A stretch of DNA of 64,000 nt, taken from a virus (lineage: Duplodnaviria; Caudoviricetes). Position numbers and translations under genes: made by a program. Location: the IMG/VR virus record IMGVR_UViG_3300044645_001661; one strand, written 5' to 3'. Positions 38,674 to 48,140 of this stretch are shown one piece after another. A model generated the notes under the pieces. The model worked only from the letters and a program-made list of their open reading frames with translations. It was not told the DNA's origin and did not search any database. Within the stretch, counting starts at the first letter, position 1. Every line of letters begins with the position of its first letter.

Positions 38674-38833
38674 TACTGTTAGATTTCCTTATCCGAATTT
38701 TCCATTTAGATTGGAGTATGAAGAAAATAAGGTTAAGAAAGTTTGTCATTTTGAATGTAAAGAACATCTCGATAAATATTTGGAACGACATAAACTTAAA
38801 AAAAATAAAGTTAAAATAGAAAATCGTAAATGA
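38666..38833 (+). CDS. Small hypothetical
   Basis: Start re-called to ATG 38666: FPYPNFPFRLEY..CHFEC. Confidence 0.6.
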   Translation: MIDTVRFPYPNFPFRLEYEENKVKKVCHFECKEHLDKYLERHKLKKNKVKIENRK

Positions 38834-39663
38834 AAACCTTTAAAGTTCCGCACATAGAATTACATGTAACGCATACTTGCAATTTTAGTTGTGAAGGATG
38901 TTCTCATTATTCAAATCACGGACATTCTGGAACTTTATCTCTAAAAGAATGTGATGAATGGTTGTATTCTTGGAGTAGAAGATTGCAACCAGAATTGTTT
39001 ACTATATTGGGTGGAGAACCAACTCTTAATAAGAATTTAATTGATATAATTTATCTGGTAAGAATGATGTGGCCAGATACTGCAACTGCAATTGATTTAG
39101 TATCAAATGCAAGTTTTTTGCATATGCACTCTGATTTACCACAAGCGTTGCTTGATACTGATACTACTTTAGCAATTTCAATTCATAGTAAAATACATCC
39201 TGGGTATGTAAATAAATTTAAAAAAGGATATAGATTGGCTAAAGAATGGAGAAAGCAGTATGGAATAAATTTAGAATTTTGGGACTTTACAACAGATACA
39301 TGGATGCCCCAATATAAAGGATTTGGCAATAATATGATGCCATATGAAGATAATGATCCAAGAAAAAGTTGGGAAAAATGCTTATCTAAAAAGGCTCTAC
39401 AAATACATGAAGGTAAATTGTGGAAGTGTCCACCTCTGGCATATTTACCGATGCAAACAAAAAAATATGAACTTGACAAAAAATGGGATCCTTATTTAAA
39501 ATATAAACCATTGGATATAAACTGTTCTGATCAAGAACTTGAAGAATTTTTAAATAGGGAAGATGAGTGTTTTTGTGCTATGTGCCCAGCAAATATTGAC
39601 AATCCATATCAAAAAAATGATCCAACTCTTCCTGTAAGTTATTGGGAGAAGTTAAACTCATGA
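38830..39663 (+). CDS. Radical SAM protein
   Basis: CNFSCEGC (CxxxCxxC), GGEP, Cys-rich C-terminus (C...WKCPP...CFCAMC). Confidence 0.9.
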   Translation: MKTFKVPHIELHVTHTCNFSCEGCSHYSNHGHSGTLSLKECDEWLYSWSRRLQPELFTILGGEPTLNKNLIDIIYLVRMMWPDTATAIDLVSNASFLHMHSDLPQALLDTDTTLAISIHSKIHPGYVNKFKKGYRLAKEWRKQYGINLEFWDFTTDTWMPQYKGFGNNMMPYEDNDPRKSWEKCLSKKALQIHEGKLWKCPPLAYLPMQTKKYELDKKWDPYLKYKPLDINCSDQELEEFLNREDECFCAMCPANIDNPYQKNDPTLPVSYWEKLNS

Positions 39664-41084
39664 TTACCTGGGGAATATCATCAGAAAGTCACAATGCAGC
39701 TCTCTCTGTATTTGTTAATGACACATTAGTTTTTGCTAGTGAAAGTGAAAGATTTAGTGGTATAAAAAATGATGCATATTTGAATGATGATATTATTAAC
39801 TATGCACTAAAGTTTGGAAAACCAGAACTGGTCTGTTGGTATGAGAACCCGTATAAGAAAACACTTAGACAACTTCTTGCAGGTCAAGGATGGATCCAAA
39901 ACGTCAAGAAGTATGTTGATGTTCCAATCAAGTATTATGATCACCATTATACTCATGCTTGTGCTGGTTATTTCACCAGCAAGTTTGATGAATGTTGTGT
40001 GGTGGTTATTGACGCTATAGGTGAATTTCAGACACTCACTATCTGGGAAGCAAACGGTAATAGATTAAAACTTAAGTTTCAACGTAAATATCCACACAGC
40101 ATCGGACTTTGGTACTCTGCGATGACTCAAAGGTGTGGATTAAAACCAAATGAAGAAGAATATATCCTCATGGGCATGTCTGCTTATGGGGATAAACTTC
40201 TTTATGAAAATGATATCTACAGAGATTTTATAGGATTTAGGACTGCAACATTTAAAAAAAACTTACATAAAGGATGTAGAGATTGGAGACCTGACATTAA
40301 AAACACTTTTGATATTGCTGCTGCAACTCAAGACATTTATGAAACAATGTTTAGAGATATTCTACAGAGAGCATCTAATATTGTTGATAGTAGAAACTTA
40401 GTTCTGATGGGTGGATGTGCATTAAACTGTGTTGCAAATCCAATTGCATATTATTACTTTGATGATGTGTGGATTATGCCTGCACCTGGTGATAATGGAT
40501 CTGCCATTGGATCTGTTCTTGCTCATAAAAAACATCATATTGATTGGCATGGACCTTATCTTGGATATCATATTAAACCAGTTGCAACAAATGAAGAGAT
40601 TGTTGATCATTTAATGGATCATGGTCTTTGTGGAGTTGCAAGGGGTCGTGCAGAGTTTGGTCCTAGAGCATTAGGTAATCGTAGTTTGCTTGCCGATCCT
40701 AGAGACCGAAAGATTAAATCAATGGTCAATGATATAAAACAGAGACAACAGTTTAGACCATTCGCTCCTGTAATCATGGAAGAGTACGTGCATGACTATT
40801 TTAATATGCCTACAAATTCATCACCATATATGCAGTATGCGGTTAAATGTAGATATTCTAAAAAGTTTCCTGCAATTGTCCATATAGATAAGACAAGTAG
40901 AGTTCAAACTGTTAATAGACAACAGAATGCAGAACTCTATGATCTTTTAAAATTGTGGAATGAGAAAACTGGTTGTCCAATGTTATTAAACACAAGTTTA
41001 AACATCAAAGGAAAACCAATGGTAAATGATGAGAATGATTGTAAAGAATGGGAAGAGACTTATGGAGTGAAAATATTTTCATGA
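39660..41084 (+). CDS. Carbamoyltransferase, CmcH/NodU family
   Basis: HNAA, HHYTHA, DAIGE, MGMSAYG, GGCALN, PAPGDNG, EFGPRALGNRS, RPFAP, LNTSLN. Confidence 0.93.
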   Translation: MITWGISSESHNAALSVFVNDTLVFASESERFSGIKNDAYLNDDIINYALKFGKPELVCWYENPYKKTLRQLLAGQGWIQNVKKYVDVPIKYYDHHYTHACAGYFTSKFDECCVVVIDAIGEFQTLTIWEANGNRLKLKFQRKYPHSIGLWYSAMTQRCGLKPNEEEYILMGMSAYGDKLLYENDIYRDFIGFRTATFKKNLHKGCRDWRPDIKNTFDIAAATQDIYETMFRDILQRASNIVDSRNLVLMGGCALNCVANPIAYYYFDDVWIMPAPGDNGSAIGSVLAHKKHHIDWHGPYLGYHIKPVATNEEIVDHLMDHGLCGVARGRAEFGPRALGNRSLLADPRDRKIKSMVNDIKQRQQFRPFAPVIMEEYVHDYFNMPTNSSPYMQYAVKCRYSKKFPAIVHIDKTSRVQTVNRQQNAELYDLLKLWNEKTGCPMLLNTSLNIKGKPMVNDENDCKEWEETYGVKIFS

Positions 41085-41818
41085 ACATATTAGAAAATTT
41101 AAACAGTAAGAATTTTTTTCCGATAGATAAACCATCTAATAAATTTTGGTATGATCAAGATACGAAAGAAAGATATGTCCACAATCTAAAAGTTCAACCA
41201 AAAGAATGGCATTATAGGGATAAAATTGTTTATTATATTACAAATTCTTTTGGATATAGGACCAAACAATTTAAAGACATTGATTGGAGAAAGTGTATAG
41301 TTTTGTTTGGTTGTTCTTACATTTATGGTGTAGGTAGTGCAGAAGATGAAACCATATCAGGATATTTAGAAGAAATAACTGGAATTCCTGTGATTAATAT
41401 GGGATCACCTGGATCTTCTCCAACATTTTCTTTACACAACTCTGCTATTTTAAGTGCAAAATATCCAACTCCTAAAGCAATAATTTATGGATGGTCTTCT
41501 CAATATAGGTGTCCTTTTTATACCAAAAATGAAGTAATTCATTGTGGTAATTGGTTAAAGGATTCTAAAAAAATGGGAGAAACGTGGAATAGTAATGAAG
41601 AACATCCTGCAGTAAACTTAAAATTATCATCCATAATTTCTAGAGAAATGTGGAATAATAGAACAAATTATTATGAGTTCACATTTTTTAAAACAGTTGC
41701 AGATACTCTTTCTTGTGATTATATTAAACAAGTTGATTATGCAAGAGATTTAGGACATGCTGGAAAAGAAACCAATAAAATTGCAGCAGAAACTATTGCT
41801 AAAAATTTAAATTTGTGA
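41081..41818 (+). CDS. SGNH/GDSL-like protein
   Basis: NSFGYRT...LFGCSYIYG...INMG...ARDLGH; start re-called to ATG 41081. Confidence 0.6.
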   Translation: MNILENLNSKNFFPIDKPSNKFWYDQDTKERYVHNLKVQPKEWHYRDKIVYYITNSFGYRTKQFKDIDWRKCIVLFGCSYIYGVGSAEDETISGYLEEITGIPVINMGSPGSSPTFSLHNSAILSAKYPTPKAIIYGWSSQYRCPFYTKNEVIHCGNWLKDSKKMGETWNSNEEHPAVNLKLSSIISREMWNNRTNYYEFTFFKTVADTLSCDYIKQVDYARDLGHAGKETNKIAAETIAKNLNL

Positions 41819-41845
41819 TATCATTTAATTTTAACAGTAAGATTT

Positions 41846-41971
41846 ATGGCAACAAGAACTTACACTCAAAAAGATGGTACTATTTGGGAATGGGAAGAAA
41901 CTCCAGAACTCTTAAATATTCTTGCCCAAATTCACAATTCCCAAAACAATGAACAACAAAAATCTAATTGA
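41846..41971 (+). CDS. Small hypothetical (41 aa)
   Basis: Hand translation MATRTYTQKDGTIWEWEETPE. Confidence 0.5.
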   Translation: MATRTYTQKDGTIWEWEETPELLNILAQIHNSQNNEQQKSN

Positions 41972-42164
41972 TGATTCTTTTTATGTTGAGCGTTCTAGAT
42001 GGGGAACGTGGAGATCCTTTGATGCAAATGGAAAAGAATTAATTACTACCTTAACGGAAGAAAATTGTATATCGGCAACCCGATTTTATTTGAAAGGAAT
42101 GCAAGAAGGATGGTCTACTGATACTTCAGTTAAATATGAAGGTGTTGTTGGTGGTAAATTGTAA
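41949..42164 (+). CDS. Small hypothetical
   Basis: Start re-called to ATG 41949; ends KYEGVVGGKL. Confidence 0.6.
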   Translation: MNNKNLIDDSFYVERSRWGTWRSFDANGKELITTLTEENCISATRFYLKGMQEGWSTDTSVKYEGVVGGKL

Positions 42165-42277
42165 TGGGTAATTCAATACAAAAAATCTTTATACATATTA
42201 TTGAATATTTTGAAAAAGTGAAACTAAAAAAATTGGAAAACAAAATTAAAAAAGAAGATAACTTCATATATAAATGA
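42164..42277 (+). CDS. Small hypothetical (37 aa)
   Basis: Hand translation ends KKEDNFIYK; coupled overlaps on both sides. Confidence 0.5.
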   Translation: MGNSIQKIFIHIIEYFEKVKLKKLENKIKKEDNFIYK

Positions 42278-43080
42278 TAAATCGATTTAATTTAAAGTTT
42301 AATAATAGAAATATTATTAAGTCAATTAATAATAATCAATTTTTACCTCTTGCAAATCATACAGTTTATAATGAAGGCAAATCTATAAATTCTAATAGAT
42401 TATGCTTAAAAGGTACTTGGGATTATTCTGGGACAGATTCTCATTATCTCTATAATAATAATTTAAAAGTTCAACCAGAAAATTGGTATTATCGTGATAA
42501 TAAAGTAGGATATACTTTAAATTCTGAAGGATATAGAACCAAAGAATTTGATGAAGTAGATTGGAAAAATTCTATTGTTATATTTGGATGTTCTTATGTA
42601 TTTGGAACGGGAGTTGATGATAAGCATACAATCTCTTCTTTTTTAGAAGATTTGACAGGTATGCCAGTTATTAATATGGGTGTAGGTGGTTCATCTATTC
42701 AATTAGCACTGCACAATTCTATGATTTTAAATGATCGTTATGGTCCACCTGCTGCTGTTGTATATGGGTGGACTTCATTAATGAGATATCTTGTATATCA
42801 TCCACTTTATTTTGATAATAAAATACCGACAGATAGTATTAACGTAAAATCTGCAGAACACTTAGTTCCTTTTAATATGATGAATGTCAAAATAGTTCGT
42901 AATCTGTGGAAAGACTGTTGTAAATATTATGAATTTAGTGTTTTTAAAACCACTTCTAGTATTTTGAATTGTGATTTTTATCAACCAAAAGATGATTATG
43001 CAAGAGATATGAAGCATTGTGGTAAAGATACTAATAAAGAATTTGCAGAACTAATAAACGTAAATCTTTCATTACTATGA
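42274..43080 (+). CDS. SGNH/GDSL-like protein, paralog of 41081
   Basis: NSEGYRT...IFGCSYVFG...INMG...ARDMKH. Confidence 0.6.
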   Translation: MINRFNLKFNNRNIIKSINNNQFLPLANHTVYNEGKSINSNRLCLKGTWDYSGTDSHYLYNNNLKVQPENWYYRDNKVGYTLNSEGYRTKEFDEVDWKNSIVIFGCSYVFGTGVDDKHTISSFLEDLTGMPVINMGVGGSSIQLALHNSMILNDRYGPPAAVVYGWTSLMRYLVYHPLYFDNKIPTDSINVKSAEHLVPFNMMNVKIVRNLWKDCCKYYEFSVFKTTSSILNCDFYQPKDDYARDMKHCGKDTNKEFAELINVNLSLL

Positions 43081-43220
43081 ACTATCATGTATTAGATCCA
43101 ACAACACCTTGGTATGAATTTTTATCATATCAAGAATGTTGTCTTAGTTTAGGTAGACCTTGTAGATTAGGTAGTTTTCTTCGTTATCATTCATATCTAA
43201 AAGAGATTGGAGTAAAATAA
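43077..43220 (+). CDS. Small hypothetical (47 aa)
   Basis: Hand translation MNYHVLDPTTPWYEFL. Confidence 0.55.
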   Translation: MNYHVLDPTTPWYEFLSYQECCLSLGRPCRLGSFLRYHSYLKEIGVK

Positions 43221-43492
43221 TGATTAAAAATATCATTAATAAATTCTTTGATCGAATTTTAGAAGAATATGATGTAAAAACTCACAATGTTAATTTGGTA
43301 GATAGAACGAATTTTAAAATTTCCCTTGCGGATGAAATTGCCAATCTTCATTCCAGAATACGTTATCTTGAAAAAGAAAATGTTTGTATGGCAAATGCAA
43401 TGTATGAACTTGAAAATAGATTACAATCGAAAATTGACAAAATTAATCCTCCAGTGTTAAATTTAAATGACTTTACTTTAGGGGAATCATAA
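43220..43492 (+). CDS. Small coiled-coil hypothetical
   Basis: ORF track. Confidence 0.6.
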   Translation: MIKNIINKFFDRILEEYDVKTHNVNLVDRTNFKISLADEIANLHSRIRYLEKENVCMANAMYELENRLQSKIDKINPPVLNLNDFTLGES

Positions 43493-43683
43493 TGTACGAA
43501 TCTTTGACTGAATTTGAACGTGCTTTGGCAAGATTTGGTGATAAAGTTCAATATATTGTTGGTCTTGAGATTTCCAACAAAATGAACCCAGAAACTGCAT
43601 ATCAAGAGATTAAAACTTTAATGAAGGAACTAAAAAAACTTCGTAAAAGAGAAAAAAATGACTGGGAAGAAGATGACAAATAA
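43492..43683 (+). CDS. Small hypothetical
   Basis: ORF track. Confidence 0.6.
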   Translation: MYESLTEFERALARFGDKVQYIVGLEISNKMNPETAYQEIKTLMKELKKLRKREKNDWEEDDK

Positions 43684-43852
43684 AAAAGATAGTTTAAGAG
43701 TAACTGAAGAGAAAGATGGTAGTTTTACAGTTGAATGGGATTCTGATGATCCTACATACTCTTGGTTAAATGGAAAGACAGAAGACGAATTAACAAAAAT
43801 TTTAACAGAACAAATAGAAAATTATTTAAATCAACTTAAAGAAAATGGATGA
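43658..43852 (+). CDS. Small hypothetical
   Basis: ORF track. Confidence 0.55.
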   Translation: MTGKKMTNKKDSLRVTEEKDGSFTVEWDSDDPTYSWLNGKTEDELTKILTEQIENYLNQLKENG

Positions 43853-44078
43853 TAAAGTAATCAAATGGTCTTTACCAGTACAATATGATTTAGAATCTGG
43901 TGATTATTTTATTAACTTTCCAGAAGATCTTTTAAATGCAGCAAATTTAAAAGAAGGTGATCAAGTATTTTGGATTGATAATAATGATGGTTCTTTTACA
44001 ATAAAAAAAGTAAAAGAAGATCAACCTAAAACATATCAAGATATGATTGCAGATGGATTCTGGATAAAGGAGAATTAA
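43845..44078 (+). CDS. AbrB/MazE/SpoVT-like DNA-binding protein
   Basis: YFINFPEDLLNAANLKEGDQVFWIDNNDGSFTIKK. Confidence 0.65.
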   Translation: MDDKVIKWSLPVQYDLESGDYFINFPEDLLNAANLKEGDQVFWIDNNDGSFTIKKVKEDQPKTYQDMIADGFWIKEN

Positions 44079-44084
44079 AATTCC

Positions 44085-44092
44085 AATAAATA
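44085..44092 (+). promoter_or_regulatory. Late promoter AATAAATA
   Basis: About 30 nt upstream of 44124. Confidence 0.6.
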
Positions 44093-44123
44093 AGTAAATA
44101 AAAGAAAATAATATCGTTATAAA

Positions 44124-44684
44124 ATGGCAGTATTAACCGCATCTGGTATTCTATTTAATGATAGTACATCATTAAATTCAAGATATGATGTTATTCCACA
44201 ATCATCAGTAGCAGTTTTTTATCAATCTTCTGCACCTACAGGGTGGACTAAAGTAACGACACATAATGATAAAGCACTTAGAGTTGTTAGTGGGACTGGT
44301 GGTGGTTTTGGATATGGTGGAGTATCTGGTGCTGGAGGATTAACATTTTCTTCTGCATTCCCTTCAGATTTAAAAAACCTTAACATTCCAATTAGCATCA
44401 CTGCAAATATTGCTGGAACTGTAGGAAATACGACTCTTTCTGTTTCACAAATACCAGATCACACTCATGATAGCTTAACTGGTGGTACTAGTTCTGCATC
44501 ATCTGGGGGTTCTTCTTTTAGAACTCCAGGAAATACTGCTACTGGTGGAGTAGTAAGTCCTGGAGGAACTGGTGGATCACATAACCATCCTTGGTCAGGA
44601 AGTGTTGGGATTACTTCAACTGCTACTGGATCTTTGGATTTGAGGGTACAATACATAGATGTAATTATCTGCAGTTTCGACTAA
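44124..44684 (+). CDS. Short tail fibre / collar-domain-like protein
   Basis: APTGWTK..THNDKALRVVSG...GNTTLSVSQIPDHTH...HNHPW...VQYIDVIICS. Confidence 0.7.
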   Translation: MAVLTASGILFNDSTSLNSRYDVIPQSSVAVFYQSSAPTGWTKVTTHNDKALRVVSGTGGGFGYGGVSGAGGLTFSSAFPSDLKNLNIPISITANIAGTVGNTTLSVSQIPDHTHDSLTGGTSSASSGGSSFRTPGNTATGGVVSPGGTGGSHNHPWSGSVGITSTATGSLDLRVQYIDVIICSFD

Positions 44685-44685
44685 T

Positions 44686-45243
44686 ATGGCAGCTTTAACT
44701 GGTAGCGGGATAAGATTTAGTTTAACTGATTTTACCGATGTAATAGATTCTTTTTATTGGATATATCCTGCTGGAACTAAAAAAATATTTTATCAAGCAG
44801 ATGCACCTACTGGTTGGGTGAAAGATACAACTCAAAACAATAAAATGTTGAGAGTTGTTAATGGATCTGGAGGAGTTTCTGGTGGAACTATATCTGCATC
44901 TAACGCTTTTATATCTACTGGTACAGAAGTATCTTTTCCATTTTCTGGATCCTATTCGGTAGATGGGGCAGTTGGAAATACAACACTTTCTTTAACACAA
45001 CTACCAAATCATACTCACACTGGAACTATGGGTTCTAATGGTGGTGCAGATGCAACTCCTTTTAGTAATGCTGGATCTAGAACTTTTTTTGGTAGTGTCG
45101 CCACAAGCGGTATGCTTGAATCTACTGGTGGTGGATCTCATACTCACCCTTGGAGTGGTACTCTTAGTCTAAATTCTAATATTGCTAGTACCACAGATCT
45201 GAGTGTTCAATATGTTGATGTGATTATTTGCACATTATCATAA
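44686..45243 (+). CDS. Short tail fibre / collar-like paralog
   Basis: APTGWVK..QNNKMLRVVNG...GNTTLSLTQLPNHTH...HTHPW...VQYVDVIICT. Confidence 0.7.
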   Translation: MAALTGSGIRFSLTDFTDVIDSFYWIYPAGTKKIFYQADAPTGWVKDTTQNNKMLRVVNGSGGVSGGTISASNAFISTGTEVSFPFSGSYSVDGAVGNTTLSLTQLPNHTHTGTMGSNGGADATPFSNAGSRTFFGSVATSGMLESTGGGSHTHPWSGTLSLNSNIASTTDLSVQYVDVIICTLS

Positions 45244-45281
45244 ATATGTTATACTAATTATTAAAACACTTTGCACTAGTT

Positions 45282-45623
45282 ATGAAAATTGAGCCTGGTA
45301 AATATTGTCCTCTTCTTAAAAAAGATTGCATTGGTATAAAATGTTCTTGGTATACTCATGTTAGGGGAGTAAATCCTAATACTGGACAAGAAGTTGATGA
45401 ATGGTCTTGTGCTATTACTTGGCTTCCTATGATGCTAATTGAAAATTCTCAGCAACAAAGATCTACTGGTGCTGCTGTCGAATCATTTAGAAATGAAATG
45501 GTAAAGGCAAATCAAACCAATATTAATGTCTTATCTGCTGCAGCACAAATGCTTCAAGCAACTATGGATGAAAAAACAAATAAAATTCTACCAACAGATG
45601 TAAAAGAGGTAACAGATCAATGA
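45282..45623 (+). CDS. Cys-containing hypothetical, fibre-associated by position
   Basis: CPLLKKDCIGIKCSW...CAITWLP; CATAAATA at 45239-45246. Confidence 0.6.
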   Translation: MKIEPGKYCPLLKKDCIGIKCSWYTHVRGVNPNTGQEVDEWSCAITWLPMMLIENSQQQRSTGAAVESFRNEMVKANQTNINVLSAAAQMLQATMDEKTNKILPTDVKEVTDQ

Positions 45624-46402
45624 AAGTAACTGTTATTTACCCTGACAAATTTATCAGTGTTGATGGCAAAGGAATGTATTTTGCCGAAAATTGGCCTTTT
45701 GAAGAAACTGATATTCATGCAATTCAGTGGCATGGAGATAAAGGAGAATTAGAATATAATACACCAATCCCAAATAAAGAACTTAGTGATAAATCAGAAA
45801 TTAAAAAATATGTAGATTTATTTACTGAAGGATATCAAAAGTGGATGAAAGAGCAAGAAATCCTTGCAGAGATTGAAAAAGAAAAGTTAATGACATGGGA
45901 AGATGCCATGAAAGAACTTGAACTTCAATTAGATGTCATGCAAAAAAATCATGAATTTGAATTGGAGCAAATGCTGAGAGAGCAAGATAAGCATTTGGAT
46001 GGAGTTAAAGAAGAATTTGAATTGCAAGTAGAGCAAATTTATAATAAGGTTCAAGAGAATCAACTCAATCTTTACTATGCAGAAAATGCAATTGAAGATG
46101 AATCTAAAGAGAAGAGTTATGATAGTATGACTATTTTTGATAGTAATATTGACCCTTCTCTCTTTGATGATAGTGTAGATCCAACAGAATATGATGCAGA
46201 AGAAGAAACTGATGAAGAGGAATCTGGAGTAGATGAGACTTCTAATATTCAAGACTTCAAAAACTTTGATTTAAGTTTATTAGAAGATGAATTTAATTTA
46301 GAAATGTTATTTGAAGATGAAGATTCTCCAATTGTAAATGAAATTGAAGAACTCATTGAACAAGAACACCAAGTAGACGCAGCACAAATTCCAGATAACT
46401 GA
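45620..46402 (+). CDS. Acidic hypothetical (possible fibre assembly factor)
   Basis: IHAIQWHGDKGELEY N-terminal domain, coiled coil, Asp/Glu-rich tail. Confidence 0.5.
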   Translation: MKVTVIYPDKFISVDGKGMYFAENWPFEETDIHAIQWHGDKGELEYNTPIPNKELSDKSEIKKYVDLFTEGYQKWMKEQEILAEIEKEKLMTWEDAMKELELQLDVMQKNHEFELEQMLREQDKHLDGVKEEFELQVEQIYNKVQENQLNLYYAENAIEDESKEKSYDSMTIFDSNIDPSLFDDSVDPTEYDAEEETDEEESGVDETSNIQDFKNFDLSLLEDEFNLEMLFEDEDSPIVNEIEELIEQEHQVDAAQIPDN

Positions 46403-46419
46403 TAAATTGTTATTTTATT

Positions 46420-47586
46420 ATGAATCAATCTTTACTTGAAAATGGGTATGTTGTAGTACCTAATTTTATATGCTCAGAGAGGGCAAAAAAATTATCAGAA
46501 GAATTTATAAAAATATGTAATGAAAATAATCTAAGTGGAGATTCACAAGTTCCAACTTCAAAATCTCAATACAATTATATTTCATTTTTAGAATTGTTGT
46601 GTGAAAAAACACCAAATGTATCATCAATTATTGGTGAAACTGTTTTACCAACTTATAGTTATGCTAGAGTGTATGAACAGGGAAGTGTTTTGTCATCACA
46701 CACCGATAGAAAAGAATGTGAAATATCAATTACGGTTAATTTAGATTCTGATATAGTTTGGCCTATTTGGGTTATAATGCCAAATGGAAAACAAAAGAAG
46801 ATTACTCTAAATCCAGGTGATGGTTTAATTTATTTGGGTATAGATATAGTTCATTGGAGAGAAGAATTCGCAGGAAGTTATTGTTCTCAAGTCTTCTTAC
46901 ATTATGTAAGAAGTAGAGGTCCTAATGCATCTTTATATTTTGATAAAGATAATAAACAGTTTTGTAATTTTACCGAAATTAAAAAAAGTCCAGAAGTGAT
47001 AGTAAAAACAGAAAACTATAAAAGTAAAAACCCTTTAGACTCATATATTAAAATATATTATTCTGCAATTCCTGAAGATGTATGTGATTTAATTTTGAAA
47101 GAATATCAAAACTGCGAGGATTGGAATCCAAGCAGAACTGGAAATGGTGAAGTAAATAAATTTATTCGTAATTGTGATACAATTGGATTGTCTATGCCAG
47201 ATGTAATCAATAAAAATATTGATGCTAGAAAACAAATTGATTCTTTATTATTTGAATATTCTGGTAATACTCTTAAACAATATGTTGAAGAATTTCCACA
47301 TTGTCAATTAATTTCGGATAGTGGATATGATCTTTTACGGTATGATCCTGGGGGATATTATTCCATCCACACTGATTCTCACAAAACAACTCCAAGAACA
47401 GTATCTTGTTCTTTTAATTTAAATGATGATTATGAAGGTGGGGAGTTTGCCTTTTTTGATAGAGAAGTAATCATTAAAGCACCTAAAGGTTCTGCTATTG
47501 TATTTCCCTCAAACTTTATGTATCCTCATGAAGTTATGGAAGTTAAATCTGGATCTAGATATTCAATTGTTACATGGTTCGTTTAA
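46420..47586 (+). CDS. Tandem double 2OG-Fe(II) oxygenase (prolyl-4-hydroxylase-like)
   Basis: Domain 1 HTD...HWR; domain 2 HTD...YEGGEF...YPHEV...RYSIVTW. Confidence 0.85.
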   Translation: MNQSLLENGYVVVPNFICSERAKKLSEEFIKICNENNLSGDSQVPTSKSQYNYISFLELLCEKTPNVSSIIGETVLPTYSYARVYEQGSVLSSHTDRKECEISITVNLDSDIVWPIWVIMPNGKQKKITLNPGDGLIYLGIDIVHWREEFAGSYCSQVFLHYVRSRGPNASLYFDKDNKQFCNFTEIKKSPEVIVKTENYKSKNPLDSYIKIYYSAIPEDVCDLILKEYQNCEDWNPSRTGNGEVNKFIRNCDTIGLSMPDVINKNIDARKQIDSLLFEYSGNTLKQYVEEFPHCQLISDSGYDLLRYDPGGYYSIHTDSHKTTPRTVSCSFNLNDDYEGGEFAFFDREVIIKAPKGSAIVFPSNFMYPHEVMEVKSGSRYSIVTWFV

Positions 47587-47593
47587 CCGTACA

Positions 47594-47622
47594 TTGACAA
47601 AGTAACAATATTAAACTAACAT
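47594..47622 (+). promoter_or_regulatory. Sigma70-like promoter
   Basis: TTGACA-17 nt-TAACAT. Confidence 0.45.
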
Positions 47623-47644
47623 TAAAATAAATTGGTATTAAAGT

Positions 47645-47866
47645 ATGGCATTATCAAAATCTGTTGAAGAATCTTTAAAAGAAGCAGAATCTTCCCTTCG
47701 CAATGCCCTTGCCTTTGCAGCAAGGCAAGAAAAACCATTTGTTGGTAAACATATTGCTTGTATGATTGCTGATCTTGAAGCACTTATTAAAACTGATGAA
47801 CTAATGGATAAACTTGAAGGTCGGATGAAAGGTGATAGGGGAATTTGGGGACCATTTGGAGAATAA
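47645..47866 (+). CDS. Small hypothetical
   Basis: ORF track. Confidence 0.65.
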   Translation: MALSKSVEESLKEAESSLRNALAFAARQEKPFVGKHIACMIADLEALIKTDELMDKLEGRMKGDRGIWGPFGE

Positions 47867-47958
47867 TAAGATTTGCAATACCAATAATTAAGAGACTATT
47901 AAAAATCCCATAGATAATCATATAATGTGTTAAAATCAACACAGTTACGTAAAAACAA

Positions 47959-48111
47959 ATGGAATTAACTCAAGAAGAATGGGATGAGTTGGTTGCTCTT
48001 AAAGATGCAATTAATTACAATCCGTCTCAAGTTCATTATGAAAAAATGGAAAGATTTACTGAATTGTTTGTTAGAACATTGGAAGGAAAAGGTGACAATT
48101 ATCCAATGTGA
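47959..48111 (+). CDS. Small hypothetical (50 aa)
   Basis: Hand translation MELTQEEWDELVALKDAINYNP. Confidence 0.6.
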   Translation: MELTQEEWDELVALKDAINYNPSQVHYEKMERFTELFVRTLEGKGDNYPM

Positions 48112-48140
48112 TACATAATTAATAAAGTATCATAAAATAA

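Noticed and set aside
42164-42277. Suspected frameshift in A-rich small ORF
   Set aside because: Recounting shows a single intact 37-aa frame.
47920-47945. Small hairpin TGTGTT/AACACA in an intergenic gap
   Set aside because: Only 6 AT-rich bp with no terminator tail; not enough for an ncRNA call.
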